A stretch of 55,355 bases of DNA, taken from the sequence record DRR723986_5248; one strand, written 5' to 3'. The notes under the pieces are model-generated. The model searched no databases and was not told the origin of the DNA. It worked only from the letters and a program-made list of their open reading frames with translations. A program made the position numbers and the translations under genes. Position 1 is the first letter of the stretch. Each line of letters opens with the position of its first letter. Shown one piece after another: positions 28,627-38,861 of this stretch.

Positions 28627-29169
28627 TTAAAATTTTAAGATCGTGTAGCCTTTTGGAGCATAGGTAGTCACTGTGGTCATAGCTGACAAAGCTACTTCCA
28701 CGCCCTCATAAAGATCTGATTTTTCTAGATTTCTAGCTCGAAGTGACTGCCCACACACCAACACTTCTACTCCTGCTTCTTCCAATGCCTTGAAAACAGG
28801 AATATTCGGGTTATCAGAATTATATCGCTTTTGATATACTTCATTGTTCATAACGGTAGCAATCGCTCCACCATGTACAACCACTTTTACATGCATGCGA
28901 TCCTTAGAAACACCCGCAAGGCCGTGAAGATTCATCATTCTGGCAATATTATCCACCCAGCGACTGATCTTAGCATTATCTTCAGCTGCTGAGGTCATGT
29001 CTATTAGGATGTAATAATCCAAACTCCCATCTGGCCTTTCAGAGGCCTCAGGAACTTCATAAATCCCCCCAAAATCTTTTACGAGAGGGAATTGAGCAGA
29101 TTGGCCAAATGAAAATTGTGTTATAAAAATCGTCGCACAAAATAATGCTGCTTTAACTAGTCGGTTCAT
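28627..29169 (-). CDS. DsrE family protein, exported
   Basis: Signal peptide; ARMMNLH, VVVHGGA, VCGQS motifs; start moved to ATG 29169. Confidence 0.82.
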   Translation of the reverse strand: MNRLVKAALFCATIFITQFSFGQSAQFPLVKDFGGIYEVPEASERPDGSLDYYILIDMTSAAEDNAKISRWVDNIARMMNLHGLAGVSKDRMHVKVVVHGGAIATVMNNEVYQKRYNSDNPNIPVFKALEEAGVEVLVCGQSLRARNLEKSDLYEGVEVALSAMTTVTTYAPKGYTILKF

Positions 29170-29472
29170 AGAAATCAAATTTGGCTCAAAATGTAGGAAA
29201 AAAAATATGGAGAGGAATGCCGATGGTGGAAAAAAGTCAGTTCCCCTCCACAAGAACCTCAATGATGGTATATCTACCCGAAAGCTCAGTTAAGCATAAA
29301 CCCAACTAACTATCAACCAGTTATAGATTCAACCTTAGTATGATGATCAAATCACTTCTGATTATTATATTAGTACATGTGATCAAACCAATGTAAACTG
29401 ACCTATGTGCAAAACTGTGAATAAGGTTTAGTGAAATTGGTACTCTTCTTACTTTTTTTAACAAAACTTCCT

Positions 29473-31317
29473 ATGACTGTTCGAAAATTCACACTTGAAA
29501 TCGAGGGATTATTTAAAGCCTCAGGAGAAATTGACATTGACGATTCTGTGGTAAACACCTCCCTCCTTTCGACTATCCCTGCACCCTCTACTCCAACTCC
29601 TGAGCATAAACAAGAACGAGAACCATACAAGCCAACACCTATTCCTGAGGATGCAATAAGTATTCATGAGTACGGAGTTGAGCCAATAGATTCCCAAATA
29701 GAAGGGTTAACATTTCAAGGCTGCTGTTATCCTGGACATTCCACACCGATGGGTGATGGATACTGGATAGAGCAAAACAATGGGGTGAGAATAATAAAAA
29801 TTAAAAATGGAGTTAAAACCAGCGAGTTGGCCAGAAGCTACATTGGAACTCCTGAATTTAATAATCTTGATCTCTCCAATGTAAACCTATATATACCCAA
29901 AGGGACTTACATCCACTTGCAGGGAGCAGGAATGAACGCACTTTGGTATCAGAAGACTAAAAGTATATCGGGTGAAGGGACGTTGATAGGAATTAAAAAT
30001 GACAACAATCCATCTTTCAATAAAATATCCACTAAAGTACAAGGTATAACACTAAAGAATATCATTGTAGAATGTACTCCTGATAGACATGCTGACCAGA
30101 TCTTACATGGTCTAACTATTAACCTAAACTCTTTAGAAAAAAGCAGGAACCCTATAACGGTTGACAGTTTAAAGGCAACAATCGAAGCTGATGGAGTGGT
30201 AATTGAAACAGAGGCTCAATTGAGGTCAGGTTTTTACATTGACCACGCAAAAAAAGTAAGTATAAAAAATTCCTCTATCGTCGCGAGTTATGCCGATAAC
30301 GGCATTCGTGTAAGCCGCGTACTTGAAACCTGTGAACTCATTGGAAATACATCCGGAAAGGGATTTAATACAGCTTTACAAGCATCAGCCAATAGGGAAG
30401 CTTTGTCCATTGGATTTAAATTTCATGGAAATACAGTAAACGAAGTATTGGAAGAAGGAGCCGGATTTGATTCCTATGCAAACTCGCTGAATCTATTGCC
30501 TGTTATTACCAAATTTTATATTTCCAAGGCATACAGAGGAGATCACGGAACAGTAATAGAAATTGATACTCTTTACTTCATTGAAGAATTAATAGCCGGT
30601 AAAAAATATGGGAATAAAACTGTGAATGCCGCTTTTGTAGGAGATGCTAAAAACTTCCTTTTCGTGATTGATGGCGAGTATAAAGATTTCAGAGTTATTT
30701 CTTCTGAACCATACAACAATGGTAATTCCCTTAAAATCGTTATTGAAAGTGACTATATCCCCTCCGTAGGTTCTGAAGCTTCGCTGGTCACTGGTTTTTA
30801 TAAATGTTCTATCTCCGAAAACACAGTAAATGGTGTAGTACCCAAGACCAATCAGCCTGGACATGCACTAAGTCTTTGGGGAGGTGGATTTCATAATATA
30901 ATTGCAAGAAATGTGGTAAGAGGGGGCCGAAGTGGCTTAAATATGGCTAGTCTTGGAGCTTTTGGGGTAGAGAATCCAGATTACTTTTGCCATGCAATAG
31001 GCAACATAATCGAGGAAAACAAGATCTACGACACTATTAGTGCAATCCGCATTACTAGCGAGTACAGTAAAAGATTTGGATATGGCAATAAACTTTTGAA
31101 GAATGAGGTATCAGGGGGCGAAATTTATATCAATAACCAACGTGACTTTACTATGAGAGGAAATTTCCTTTCAGGTAATACTGTGATGATCGAAAATGTA
31201 TCAGGAATTCTGGAAGGCGGTGTCTTGACAGATACACTAATTGAAATCAAAAATTGTCCTGATTTGGTCTTAGGATCCATAGATCTGGTAGGTAAATCTG
31301 AAATCAGAAGAGTGTAG
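29473..31317 (+). CDS. Predicted right-handed parallel beta-helix protein, function unknown
   Basis: Repeated Asn/Gly/Ile units (IKNSSI, IGNT, FHGNTV, ISENTV, IARNVV, IEENKI, LKNEV, RGNF); Pro-rich linker; no signal peptide. Confidence 0.65.
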   Translation: MTVRKFTLEIEGLFKASGEIDIDDSVVNTSLLSTIPAPSTPTPEHKQEREPYKPTPIPEDAISIHEYGVEPIDSQIEGLTFQGCCYPGHSTPMGDGYWIEQNNGVRIIKIKNGVKTSELARSYIGTPEFNNLDLSNVNLYIPKGTYIHLQGAGMNALWYQKTKSISGEGTLIGIKNDNNPSFNKISTKVQGITLKNIIVECTPDRHADQILHGLTINLNSLEKSRNPITVDSLKATIEADGVVIETEAQLRSGFYIDHAKKVSIKNSSIVASYADNGIRVSRVLETCELIGNTSGKGFNTALQASANREALSIGFKFHGNTVNEVLEEGAGFDSYANSLNLLPVITKFYISKAYRGDHGTVIEIDTLYFIEELIAGKKYGNKTVNAAFVGDAKNFLFVIDGEYKDFRVISSEPYNNGNSLKIVIESDYIPSVGSEASLVTGFYKCSISENTVNGVVPKTNQPGHALSLWGGGFHNIIARNVVRGGRSGLNMASLGAFGVENPDYFCHAIGNIIEENKIYDTISAIRITSEYSKRFGYGNKLLKNEVSGGEIYINNQRDFTMRGNFLSGNTVMIENVSGILEGGVLTDTLIEIKNCPDLVLGSIDLVGKSEIRRV

Positions 31318-31345
31318 CGCTATAAAAAATGCTATAAAATAAATG

Positions 31346-31380
31346 AAAAAAGGCCTATATGATGAGTATAGGCCTTTTCT
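31346..31380. terminator. Bidirectional terminator between beta-helix gene and tRNA-Leu
   Basis: AAAAAAGGCCTATA..TATAGGCCTTTT. Confidence 0.8.
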
Positions 31381-31381
31381 G

Positions 31382-31465
31382 TGCGCACGAGAGGATTCGA
31401 ACCTCCACACTACTTAAAGCACCAGCCCCTCAAGCTGGCGTGTCTACCAGTTTCACCACGTGCGC
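31382..31465 (-). tRNA. tRNA-Leu(GAG)
   Basis: Acceptor GCGCACG/CGTGCGC, D-loop TGGTAGAC, anticodon arm CCAGC-TTGAGGG-GCTGG, long variable arm, GGTTCGAATCC; CCA not encoded. Confidence 0.96.
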
Positions 31466-31478
31466 GGTTAACAGACTG

Positions 31479-31511
31479 CAAAAATATCAGACTTGCCTAT
31501 TCTAAGCAAAC
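31479..31511 (-). promoter_or_regulatory. Bacteroidota sigma-A promoter of tRNA-Leu
   Basis: TTTG (31508-31511) -N21- TATTTTTG (31479-31486). Confidence 0.7.
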
Positions 31512-31615
31512 CCGATGCTAGCCTTTTGCATTTATTTTCTTAGGAATTACTTTAACGCCTCTGTTCGGGCCTGTCTTGCCGCTAGAAAGATTCCACTAAC
31601 AGAAACGCATCATCA

Positions 31616-32500
31616 TCACCCGTAAACCTTCTTCTCAGCTGACAAGAGTGTATTATAAAGCAACGATGCAATCGTCATAGGTCCTACTCCACCTGGTACT
31701 GGTGTGATCGCAGAAGCGATTTCAGAAACTTCCTCAAATTTCACATCTCCAACCAATCTGAAACCTGATTTCTTGCTTGCATCTTCAATCCTGTGAATCC
31801 CCACATCGATTACCACAGCGCCTGGCTTCACCATATCAGCAGTTACGAAATGAGGCTTTCCTAAAGCTACGATCAGAATATCAGCAGTTTTAGCGATCTC
31901 TGGAAGATTGGCAGTCCGGCTATGAGTCAACGTCACCGTAGCATTTCCCGGATAGCCATTTCTGGCCATCAGGATACTCATCGGACTTCCTACGATATGG
32001 GATCTACCGATCACCACGCAATGCTTGCCTGAAGTCTCGATATTGTATCTCTTCAGCAATTCTACGATGCCGTAAGGAGTCGCCGCAACGTAAGCAGGCC
32101 AGTTCAAAGCCATACGTCCAACGTTTGCTGGAGTAAATCCATCTACATCCTTCTCAGGCTTGATCTTATTGGTTACTTTCTCAACAGAGATATGCTTAGG
32201 CAGCGGAAGCTGTACGATCAATCCATCGATATCAGCATTCTCATTAATATCCTCCACCACTTTCAACAATTCCTCTTCGGAGACATTATCCTCCAGTCTT
32301 ACCAAAGTTGATTCAAAACCACATTCTCCACAGGCCTTCACTTTTGCATTTACATAGGTTTGGCTCGCTCCATCACTTCCCACAAGAATAGCTGCTAGGT
32401 GAGGTGTTTTGCCTCCTTCAGCTTTTATTTCCGCCACTCGGGTAGCGATTTCGGATTTGATTTGCGTTGAGGTGAGTTTTCCGTCGATGAGAATTGCCAT
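31616..32500 (-). CDS. folD: Bifunctional methylenetetrahydrofolate dehydrogenase/cyclohydrolase
   Basis: [34 protein letters not shown]. Confidence 0.97.
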   Translation of the reverse strand: MAILIDGKLTSTQIKSEIATRVAEIKAEGGKTPHLAAILVGSDGASQTYVNAKVKACGECGFESTLVRLEDNVSEEELLKVVEDINENADIDGLIVQLPLPKHISVEKVTNKIKPEKDVDGFTPANVGRMALNWPAYVAATPYGIVELLKRYNIETSGKHCVVIGRSHIVGSPMSILMARNGYPGNATVTLTHSRTANLPEIAKTADILIVALGKPHFVTADMVKPGAVVIDVGIHRIEDASKKSGFRLVGDVKFEEVSEIASAITPVPGGVGPMTIASLLYNTLLSAEKKVYG

Positions 32501-32517
32501 ATTTTATTATTTACGGA

Positions 32518-32566
32518 TTCAAACTTCGAAATTCAACATTCGAAGTTCGCCATTCATTATTCAATT
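32518..32566. repeat. 7-bp periodic array TTCnnnN downstream of four-helix-bundle gene
   Basis: ttcaaac ttcgaaa ttcaaca ttcgaag ttcgcca ttcatta ttcaatt. Confidence 0.8.
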
Positions 32567-32923
32567 ATTATTTCTTTCAGCTGTTCCAACACTTTTTACA
32601 AATATTGAAATTAACTGGTTGCATTCATTCTGTATAACTTCAATTGCATTTTGATCAAGATGAAGTTTAGCTTTTTCAACAATCTTGATAGCAACTCCAC
32701 TTTCTCTTAGTTCTTTCAAAACTACTTTCATTTTATGGATAAAGTCCTTTCGGGATTCTCCTGACTGTGCTTCTCCATAATTCAAAGCAGGCGATGTTCC
32801 ACTTCTGAGAAGCTGATTAGCCATGTGATTTCCTGCTTTTGAGTTAACCATAGAATCGGTAAAAGATATAATAGCAGCAGCGAAATCTATTAATCGCGCC
32901 TCTAAATCATACTTTCTTTCCAT
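32561..32923 (-). CDS. Four helix bundle protein (23S rRNA IVS protein-like, TIGR02436 family)
   Basis: QLLRSGTSPALNYGEAQ..ESRKDFIHK...LKELRES family signature. Confidence 0.92.
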   Translation of the reverse strand: MERKYDLEARLIDFAAAIISFTDSMVNSKAGNHMANQLLRSGTSPALNYGEAQSGESRKDFIHKMKVVLKELRESGVAIKIVEKAKLHLDQNAIEVIQNECNQLISIFVKSVGTAERNNN

Positions 32924-32954
32924 TGTACCCAGGTATAGTGTTGAATTCTAATAC

Positions 32955-33099
32955 TTCATTATTTGAAATTCATCATTCTAAATTCACAATTTAATCCATC
33001 AATGGTTGAAGTTCCGTTGAACCCCACTTCATTATTCGAACTTCATCATTCTTCATTTGAAATTAAATTAATAATGAATGTCGAATGATGAATAATGAA
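32955..33099. repeat. Two direct 7-bp arrays and one inverted array upstream of four-helix-bundle gene
   Basis: 32955 ttcatta tttgaaa ttcatca ttctaaa ttcacaa; 33028 ttcatta ttcgaac ttcatca ttcttca tttgaaa; 33072 taatgaa tgtcgaa tgatgaa taatgaa. Confidence 0.8.
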
Positions 33100-33132
33100 T
33101 AACCAACTTTTGGACTCCGAAATAACCTCCGA

Positions 33133-34926
33133 CTAGTCCAGCTTCAGCACCGCCATAAATGCTTCCTGAGGCACCTCGACGTTTCCGACTTGTCTCATTC
33201 GCTTCTTACCTTTTTTCTGCTTTTCAAGTAATTTACGCTTACGCGAAATATCACCTCCATAACACTTCGCCAACACATTTTTACGCATTGCCTTTACTGT
33301 TTCTCTAGCGATAATTTTCTGCCCGATAGCCGCTTGTATAGCGATTTCAAACATTTGACGTGGAACCAGCTCCTTCAGTTTCTCACAAAGTCTTCTGCCC
33401 CAATCGTACGCTTTATCTCTGTGAACTACCGCTGACAAGGCATCAACTGGCTCGCCATTTAGCATCACATCCAATCTCACCATGTGCGAGATCTCGTATC
33501 CTTTCAACTCATAATCCAAAGAAGCATAGCCTCTGGATATGGTTTTCAATTTATCGAAGAAGTCAAAAACAATCTCCGCTAATGGCATATCGAAAGTCAA
33601 CTCCACACGCTCAGCAGTAAGGTAAACCTGGTTTTTGATCTGCCCACGCTTGTCCATACAAAGCGTAATCACCGCACCCACATATTCGGAAGCAGTGATG
33701 ATAGAGGCTTTCACATAAGGCTCTTCAATATGCTTCATCCGAGTTGGATCAGGCATATCGGAAGGTGCATTTATAATCTGGTAGGTATCGTTTGTCATGA
33801 GTGCTTTGAACTGTACCGAAGGCACTGTCGTGATCACAGTCATGTCAAATTCCCGCTCCAAACGCTCCTGGATAATCTCCATGTGGAGCATTCCCAAGAA
33901 TCCACAACGGAACCCAAAGCCCAAAGCCATGGATGTTTCAGGTTCCCAAACTAGCGAAGCATCGTTCAACTGAAGCTTCTCCATGGAATATCGTAGCTCT
34001 TCGTAGTCCGTAGTCTCCACAGGATAAATACCTGCGAAAACCATAGGTTTTACGTTTTCAAAACCCTGAATAGCTTTATCACATGGTCTTTTGATGTGCG
34101 TGATTGTATCACCCACTTTGATTTCTTTGGCAACTTTCACCCCAGAGATCAGGTAACCTACGTTACCAGCGCTCATGGTTTGTTGCGGAATTTGGTTTAA
34201 GCCCAAAATCCCGATTTCATCCGCCTCGTATTCCTTTCCAGTGTTGACAAATTTGATCTTGTCTCCTTTGCTGAACGTACCGTTGAAAATTCTGAAGATT
34301 ACCTCCACGCCTCGGAATGGATTGTAAACCGAGTCAAAAATCATCGCTTGAAGAGGTGCATCTGGATCTCCTTTAGGAGCGGGGATTCTAGTTACCACTG
34401 CTTTCAGGATATCGTCAATACCAATACCTGTTTTGCCGGAGGCCAAAATAATATCTTCTCTATCGCAACCGATCAAATCAATCACCTCATCGGCAACGGA
34501 TTCTGGATCAGCTCCAGGAAGGTCAATTTTATTTAGTACAGGGATGATTTCCAGATCATGACCCAATGCCAAGTATAAGTTGGAAATCGTCTGAGCTTCA
34601 ATTCCTTGAGAAGCATCCACGATTAGCAAAGCACCTTCACAGGCAGCGATAGATCGGGAAACCTCGTATGAAAAATCCACGTGACCGGGGGTATCAATTA
34701 GGTTCAGTGTATAAACCTCACCTTCATGTGTATATTTCATTTGAATCGCATGAGACTTGATCGTGATGCCACGCTCCCGCTCAAGATCCATATTATCCAA
34801 CAACTGATTTTGCATATCGCGATCTGCGACCGTATCAGTTTGCTGTAATAGTCTATCCGCCAAAGTACTCTTCCCATGATCAATATGGGCTATAATACAG
34901 AAATTCCTTATTTTTTGCATATCCAT
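33133..34926 (-). CDS. lepA: Translation elongation factor 4
   Basis: [47 protein letters not shown]; start moved to 34926. Confidence 0.98.
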   Translation of the reverse strand: MDMQKIRNFCIIAHIDHGKSTLADRLLQQTDTVADRDMQNQLLDNMDLERERGITIKSHAIQMKYTHEGEVYTLNLIDTPGHVDFSYEVSRSIAACEGALLIVDASQGIEAQTISNLYLALGHDLEIIPVLNKIDLPGADPESVADEVIDLIGCDREDIILASGKTGIGIDDILKAVVTRIPAPKGDPDAPLQAMIFDSVYNPFRGVEVIFRIFNGTFSKGDKIKFVNTGKEYEADEIGILGLNQIPQQTMSAGNVGYLISGVKVAKEIKVGDTITHIKRPCDKAIQGFENVKPMVFAGIYPVETTDYEELRYSMEKLQLNDASLVWEPETSMALGFGFRCGFLGMLHMEIIQERLEREFDMTVITTVPSVQFKALMTNDTYQIINAPSDMPDPTRMKHIEEPYVKASIITASEYVGAVITLCMDKRGQIKNQVYLTAERVELTFDMPLAEIVFDFFDKLKTISRGYASLDYELKGYEISHMVRLDVMLNGEPVDALSAVVHRDKAYDWGRRLCEKLKELVPRQMFEIAIQAAIGQKIIARETVKAMRKNVLAKCYGGDISRKRKLLEKQKKGKKRMRQVGNVEVPQEAFMAVLKLD

Positions 34927-34934
34927 TCTGCCCG

Positions 34935-34942
34935 CAAAAGTA
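34935..34942 (-). promoter_or_regulatory. -7 promoter element (TACTTTTG) of lepA
   Basis: TAnnTTTG consensus immediately upstream of ATG, implying a very short leader. Confidence 0.55.
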
Positions 34943-34969
34943 GTAAATAAGTAGGAGATAAGAGAATTT

Positions 34970-35066
34970 TCAAACTCAATGATCAAGTTTCAAATTCAAT
35001 ATTCAAGTTTAGCCTCCACTTCTTATGCTATTTGAAAATTGATCATTGTTAATTGTTAATTGAAAA
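34970..35066. repeat. Opposed 7-bp periodic arrays (TCAA units then TTG units)
   Basis: TCAA at 34970, 34976, 34983, 34990, 34996, 35003; ttgaaaa ttgatca ttgttaa ttgttaa ttgaaaa at 35032-35066. Confidence 0.65.
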
Positions 35067-35100
35067 TTTCCCCAACTTTGTCTTTTCAAAAACCAGTCTC

Positions 35101-35640
35101 ATGCAGTCAGTAGCCGAAAACAAAAAGTCAAACAACATCGCCGAATACATCATCTACATGTACCAAATGGAGGATCTTATCAGATCTTACCAAGGAAATC
35201 CTGATGAAATCAAAACCTTCGTAGTAGAGAAATATCCAGTTTCTGAGGATGAGAAAAAGCAAATAGCTGATTGGTATTTAAAACTGCTAGCCCAAATGAA
35301 AGCTCAGGATATTTTGGAAAAAGGGCATTTGGAAGAAGTGAATAACCTTGTTTCTGAGCTGGCTCAAATCCACTGGAACCTACTAAAAACTGACCCTGCA
35401 TACTTTGAAGCCTATAAAAAAGCCAAACCATTTATTATAGAAGCTGTAATGCAGGCCGAAGGTCAGGATCTGGGAAATGAAATTCAAATCTGCCTAAATG
35501 GCGTTTACGGTCTTTTGCTTTGTCGCCTTCTAGGTAAAAAAGTATCCGATGAGCAATTGAAATCAGCTGATGCCTTTGGGGATATTCTTAGCACGCTGAG
35601 CTATCATTTTAAAGTGAAGAATACGATTTCGAAGAATTGA
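35101..35640 (+). CDS. DUF4924 family protein
   Basis: NIAEYIIYMYQMEDLIR, WY, EKGHL, CLNGVYGLLL motifs; start moved to ATG 35101. Confidence 0.8.
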   Translation: MQSVAENKKSNNIAEYIIYMYQMEDLIRSYQGNPDEIKTFVVEKYPVSEDEKKQIADWYLKLLAQMKAQDILEKGHLEEVNNLVSELAQIHWNLLKTDPAYFEAYKKAKPFIIEAVMQAEGQDLGNEIQICLNGVYGLLLCRLLGKKVSDEQLKSADAFGDILSTLSYHFKVKNTISKN

Positions 35641-35696
35641 AAAGAATTATAAATTTCCAATTTTCAATGTCCAATTTTCAGAAATTATATCCTCCA

Positions 35697-37625
35697 TCAT
35701 CCCAGAAACTCCCACACACTTCTATACCCCTCATTTTTCTCAAAATACTGAAGTAATTGGTCAAAGAATGGGTTTTGGGCTAATGTGCTACTATCGCCAA
35801 TCAGTACCAGTTTTCTCTTTGCCCGGGTCAAAGCAACATTCATCCTGCGAGTATCTGCAAGAAAACCAATCTCCCCTTTTTCATTGGATCGAGTAAGGGA
35901 AATCATCATCAGATCACGCTCCTGACCCTGGAAACCATCCACCGTATCGATCGTAATCACATCCGAAAAAGCTCTCAGGTTTGGATATTCAAACCCTTCG
36001 AAAATCAAAGATCGAAGCAAGCGGACCTGTGCTCCATAGGGAGCAATCAGACCAATAGTCCAGCCTTCTTGCTTAAAATCCGAAACCCCAATTCGTTTAA
36101 CAATCTCATTCAAATAGCGGCAAGCAAAAGCAGCTTCTTCGGGATTGCAGGTACTCAAGCTATCTTGTTCCTTTTGATCAGTATATCCTGCACCGGCCGT
36201 ATCAATCCATTCCAAAGCATTGCTCTCACCAGGAAAAGTATGAGATTTTGTATTCTCGGCAGCTTGAAGTTCTCCTTTATAAAACTGTTCGTTGGAGAAT
36301 CCCATAATTGCTTCAGGCATTCGGTATTGCACTTGTAGCATTTGTGAAGCATAAGGCTTCCGGGCGATCACTTTTTCAAATAAGGTTTCAGCCAACCCTT
36401 CCTGAGCCGCCTGAAAAGACTTTATCGTAGGCGGAAGTTGGCAGTGATCACCTGCAAACACCACTTTCTTTGACTTCAAAATGGGAATCCAAGTTGCCGC
36501 CTCCAGTCCCTGAGCTGCTTCATCGATAAAGACCACATCAAACTCCATCCCTTTCAAATTGTAAGATGATGCACCTACAAGTGTGCTGGCAAAAACCTTT
36601 GTCCTCTGAAAAATATCGTATTGAATGTATTCTTCCAGCGATTTGGATGCCTCCCTCAGTCGGGAAACTTCCGCATACATAAGCTTTCTTTGTGCACGTT
36701 CTTCATGACCAAAATTGCGCTTGTATTGCTTGGCCAATTTCAGGTATTGGTCAGTTTCTTTTCTAAGCTTTTTTAGATCACGGTAACTCGGATGGTAAGC
36801 TGTTTTGGCATCCAAAGTTTGATTCAGAATCTTCTCCTCCACTCTTGCCGGATGGCCAAGACGCAAGGTTTCAATCCCTCGATCGATCAGCTTTTCTACC
36901 AAAAGATCCACCGCGGCATTACTTGGTGCACAGACTAAAATCGACTCTCCGGCAATCACCGAATCTTGTATCGCTTCGATCAATGTTGTCGTCTTTCCAG
37001 TTCCCGGAGGTCCGTGAAACACCGCCACATCTTTGGCATTTGCTATCAGTTCACAGGCTTTGTTTTGGGAAAAATTGAGATTGGGTTTTGCATGAATCTG
37101 CTTTTCAGAAAACTGAGGCACTTTATCCCCCAGCAGGATTTCCTTTAACTCATCTACCCGCCTGTTTTCAGAAGAAATCACCTTCTTCAGCGCAAACTCC
37201 ATTTCCCGATAGCTTGCTTCATCAAAAAGAAGATCCACCCCCAGCTTACCTCCGTCCATCCACTCAGGCAATTCATCTGCCTGCAACGTGACGGTCATGG
37301 TATTTTGTCTGACAAAATTTATAACTCCGTTTACCCGATTCTCAGTAGCATTATAGTATTCATGAGTACTGAAAAAGGAAACTGATTTACCTGAATTAAA
37401 CGAAGATGCATAACTCGCATCCGAGCGCTCCACTTCCATGATAAGGCGTTCTCCCATTCCGATTTTACTCTTTTTAAGTTGAATCGGATGCCAAGTAATT
37501 CCTGCCTTTTTCTTCTCAGCAAGCGAAGTATTCAGGAATTTCTGTTTGTATTGGGCGAGATCTTCCTGCCATTCCAGTTTTAAAAGTTTCAGTCCTTTCT
37601 TTAATTCCTCAGTGACTTTGTCCAT
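35697..37625 (-). CDS. Superfamily 1 (Upf1/IGHMBP2-like) helicase
   Basis: GPPGTGKTT, APSNAAVD, DEAAQ, GDHCQLPP, QYRM, TVDGFQGQE, NVALTRAK. Confidence 0.93.
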   Translation of the reverse strand: MDKVTEELKKGLKLLKLEWQEDLAQYKQKFLNTSLAEKKKAGITWHPIQLKKSKIGMGERLIMEVERSDASYASSFNSGKSVSFFSTHEYYNATENRVNGVINFVRQNTMTVTLQADELPEWMDGGKLGVDLLFDEASYREMEFALKKVISSENRRVDELKEILLGDKVPQFSEKQIHAKPNLNFSQNKACELIANAKDVAVFHGPPGTGKTTTLIEAIQDSVIAGESILVCAPSNAAVDLLVEKLIDRGIETLRLGHPARVEEKILNQTLDAKTAYHPSYRDLKKLRKETDQYLKLAKQYKRNFGHEERAQRKLMYAEVSRLREASKSLEEYIQYDIFQRTKVFASTLVGASSYNLKGMEFDVVFIDEAAQGLEAATWIPILKSKKVVFAGDHCQLPPTIKSFQAAQEGLAETLFEKVIARKPYASQMLQVQYRMPEAIMGFSNEQFYKGELQAAENTKSHTFPGESNALEWIDTAGAGYTDQKEQDSLSTCNPEEAAFACRYLNEIVKRIGVSDFKQEGWTIGLIAPYGAQVRLLRSLIFEGFEYPNLRAFSDVITIDTVDGFQGQERDLMMISLTRSNEKGEIGFLADTRRMNVALTRAKRKLVLIGDSSTLAQNPFFDQLLQYFEKNEGYRSVWEFLG

Positions 37626-37687
37626 CAATCCGTATTTTAGACGAAACTAATCAAAACCGCTCGAGTTTTCCCAACTCAACATTCCCT

Positions 37688-38293
37688 ATGAACTACCTAG
37701 CCCATGCTTATCTTTCTTTTGGTCAGGATCAAGTGCTTGTAGGGAATTTTATTGGTGATTTTGTGAAGGGAAAAATGATGAGCAGCTTCCCTCAAGGAGT
37801 ACAAAATGGAATTAAGCTACATCGTGAAATTGATTTATTCACAGATACTCATCCATTAGTGCGAGCTGGACAGAGTTATTTGAGGCCAACATTCAGACAT
37901 TATTCCACCGTGATTACGGACATTTATTTTGACTATTTCCTAGCAAAAAATTGGGCAAAATTCAGCAGCATCCCTCTGGAAGATTTCATTCAAAAAACAT
38001 TTGCCACACTGAGACACCATCGGCAGCTTTTCCCGGATCGCTTCGCAAACATGTTTCAATGGATGGAAAAAGACAATTGGTTGTTGAAATACCGAGAAAT
38101 AGACGGGATCAAGCAAACACTTACCGGAATGTCCCGGAGGACTCGCTTCGATTCTAAAATGGATGTAGCCCATCTGGCTCTAATAGAGAAAGAAGCAGAA
38201 TTTGAGGTGATTTTCTTCGCTTTCTTCAAGGATTTGGAGACTTTTGCACGAGAGAAATTAATAGAAATTCAAGATTCCAATGCTGGTCATTAA
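37688..38293 (+). CDS. acpH: Acyl carrier protein phosphodiesterase
   Basis: MNYLAH, GNFIGDFVKG, LHREIDLFTD, DIYFDYFLA. Confidence 0.88.
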   Translation: MNYLAHAYLSFGQDQVLVGNFIGDFVKGKMMSSFPQGVQNGIKLHREIDLFTDTHPLVRAGQSYLRPTFRHYSTVITDIYFDYFLAKNWAKFSSIPLEDFIQKTFATLRHHRQLFPDRFANMFQWMEKDNWLLKYREIDGIKQTLTGMSRRTRFDSKMDVAHLALIEKEAEFEVIFFAFFKDLETFAREKLIEIQDSNAGH

Positions 38294-38735
38294 ACCAAAA
38301 GTATCCACCTACATTTCATTGAGCCTAGTTTTGCTCATCCTTATCTCTGGCTTAGTATTCATTCTGCGAGACTTTGCCTACAAAGGAAGCTTTGGAATAT
38401 GGTTTTATTTGATTGCCTGCTCGCTGATTACGTTAGTGATTTTGATGTTACTGGTGAAAATGCTGGCTGGATACCGATTCATCACAGCAGGAAGAGATCA
38501 GATCATAGTCAAATTACCTTTGAGGGGGTACACTAAAACCTATCCAGTCAGTCAAATTTTAGCTTGGGAAGAGGAAGTAGTTATGGCGAATAAAAAAGAT
38601 TTTCGCCAAGTAACTATCGCATTTTCAGATAAACAATCTATTTCGGTATCTAATCACGAACATGAAGCTTATAAAGATCTAGTGGCATATTTGGCTAAAA
38701 AAGCGAATAAGCAAAAAATCAAAAGTAAGAAATAG
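38280..38735 (+). CDS. Hypothetical membrane protein (2 TM + soluble domain)
   Basis: 151-aa ORF overlapping the acpH stop, two hydrophobic helices. Confidence 0.75.
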   Translation: MLVIKPKVSTYISLSLVLLILISGLVFILRDFAYKGSFGIWFYLIACSLITLVILMLLVKMLAGYRFITAGRDQIIVKLPLRGYTKTYPVSQILAWEEEVVMANKKDFRQVTIAFSDKQSISVSNHEHEAYKDLVAYLAKKANKQKIKSKK

Positions 38736-38829
38736 GAAGTCAGAAATCTGTAGTGAAAAATCTTATCGCTAGACAAAGCATATAATCGCGATCTCACATA
38801 AACCTTTGTGGCCAGAGCGGTGAACAACG

Positions 38830-38857
38830 AAAAAAGCCTGAGATGATCTCAGGCTTT
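38830..38857 (-). terminator. Rho-independent terminator after ppa
   Basis: A6 + GCCTGAGA-TGA-TCTCAGGC. Confidence 0.85.
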
Positions 38858-38861
38858 CATT

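Noticed and set aside
32561-32923. Avd-like gene as part of a diversity-generating retroelement, or an rRNA intervening sequence
   Set aside because: There is no reverse transcriptase, template/variable repeat pair or rRNA in the window.
32955-33099. Repeats as a CRISPR array
   Set aside because: The units are 7 bp, degenerate and without unique spacers, and there are no cas genes.
35697-37625. SF1 helicase as an anti-phage defence gene
   Set aside because: It has no fused nuclease domain, sits in housekeeping context, and looks like the ordinary IGHMBP2-like helicase.
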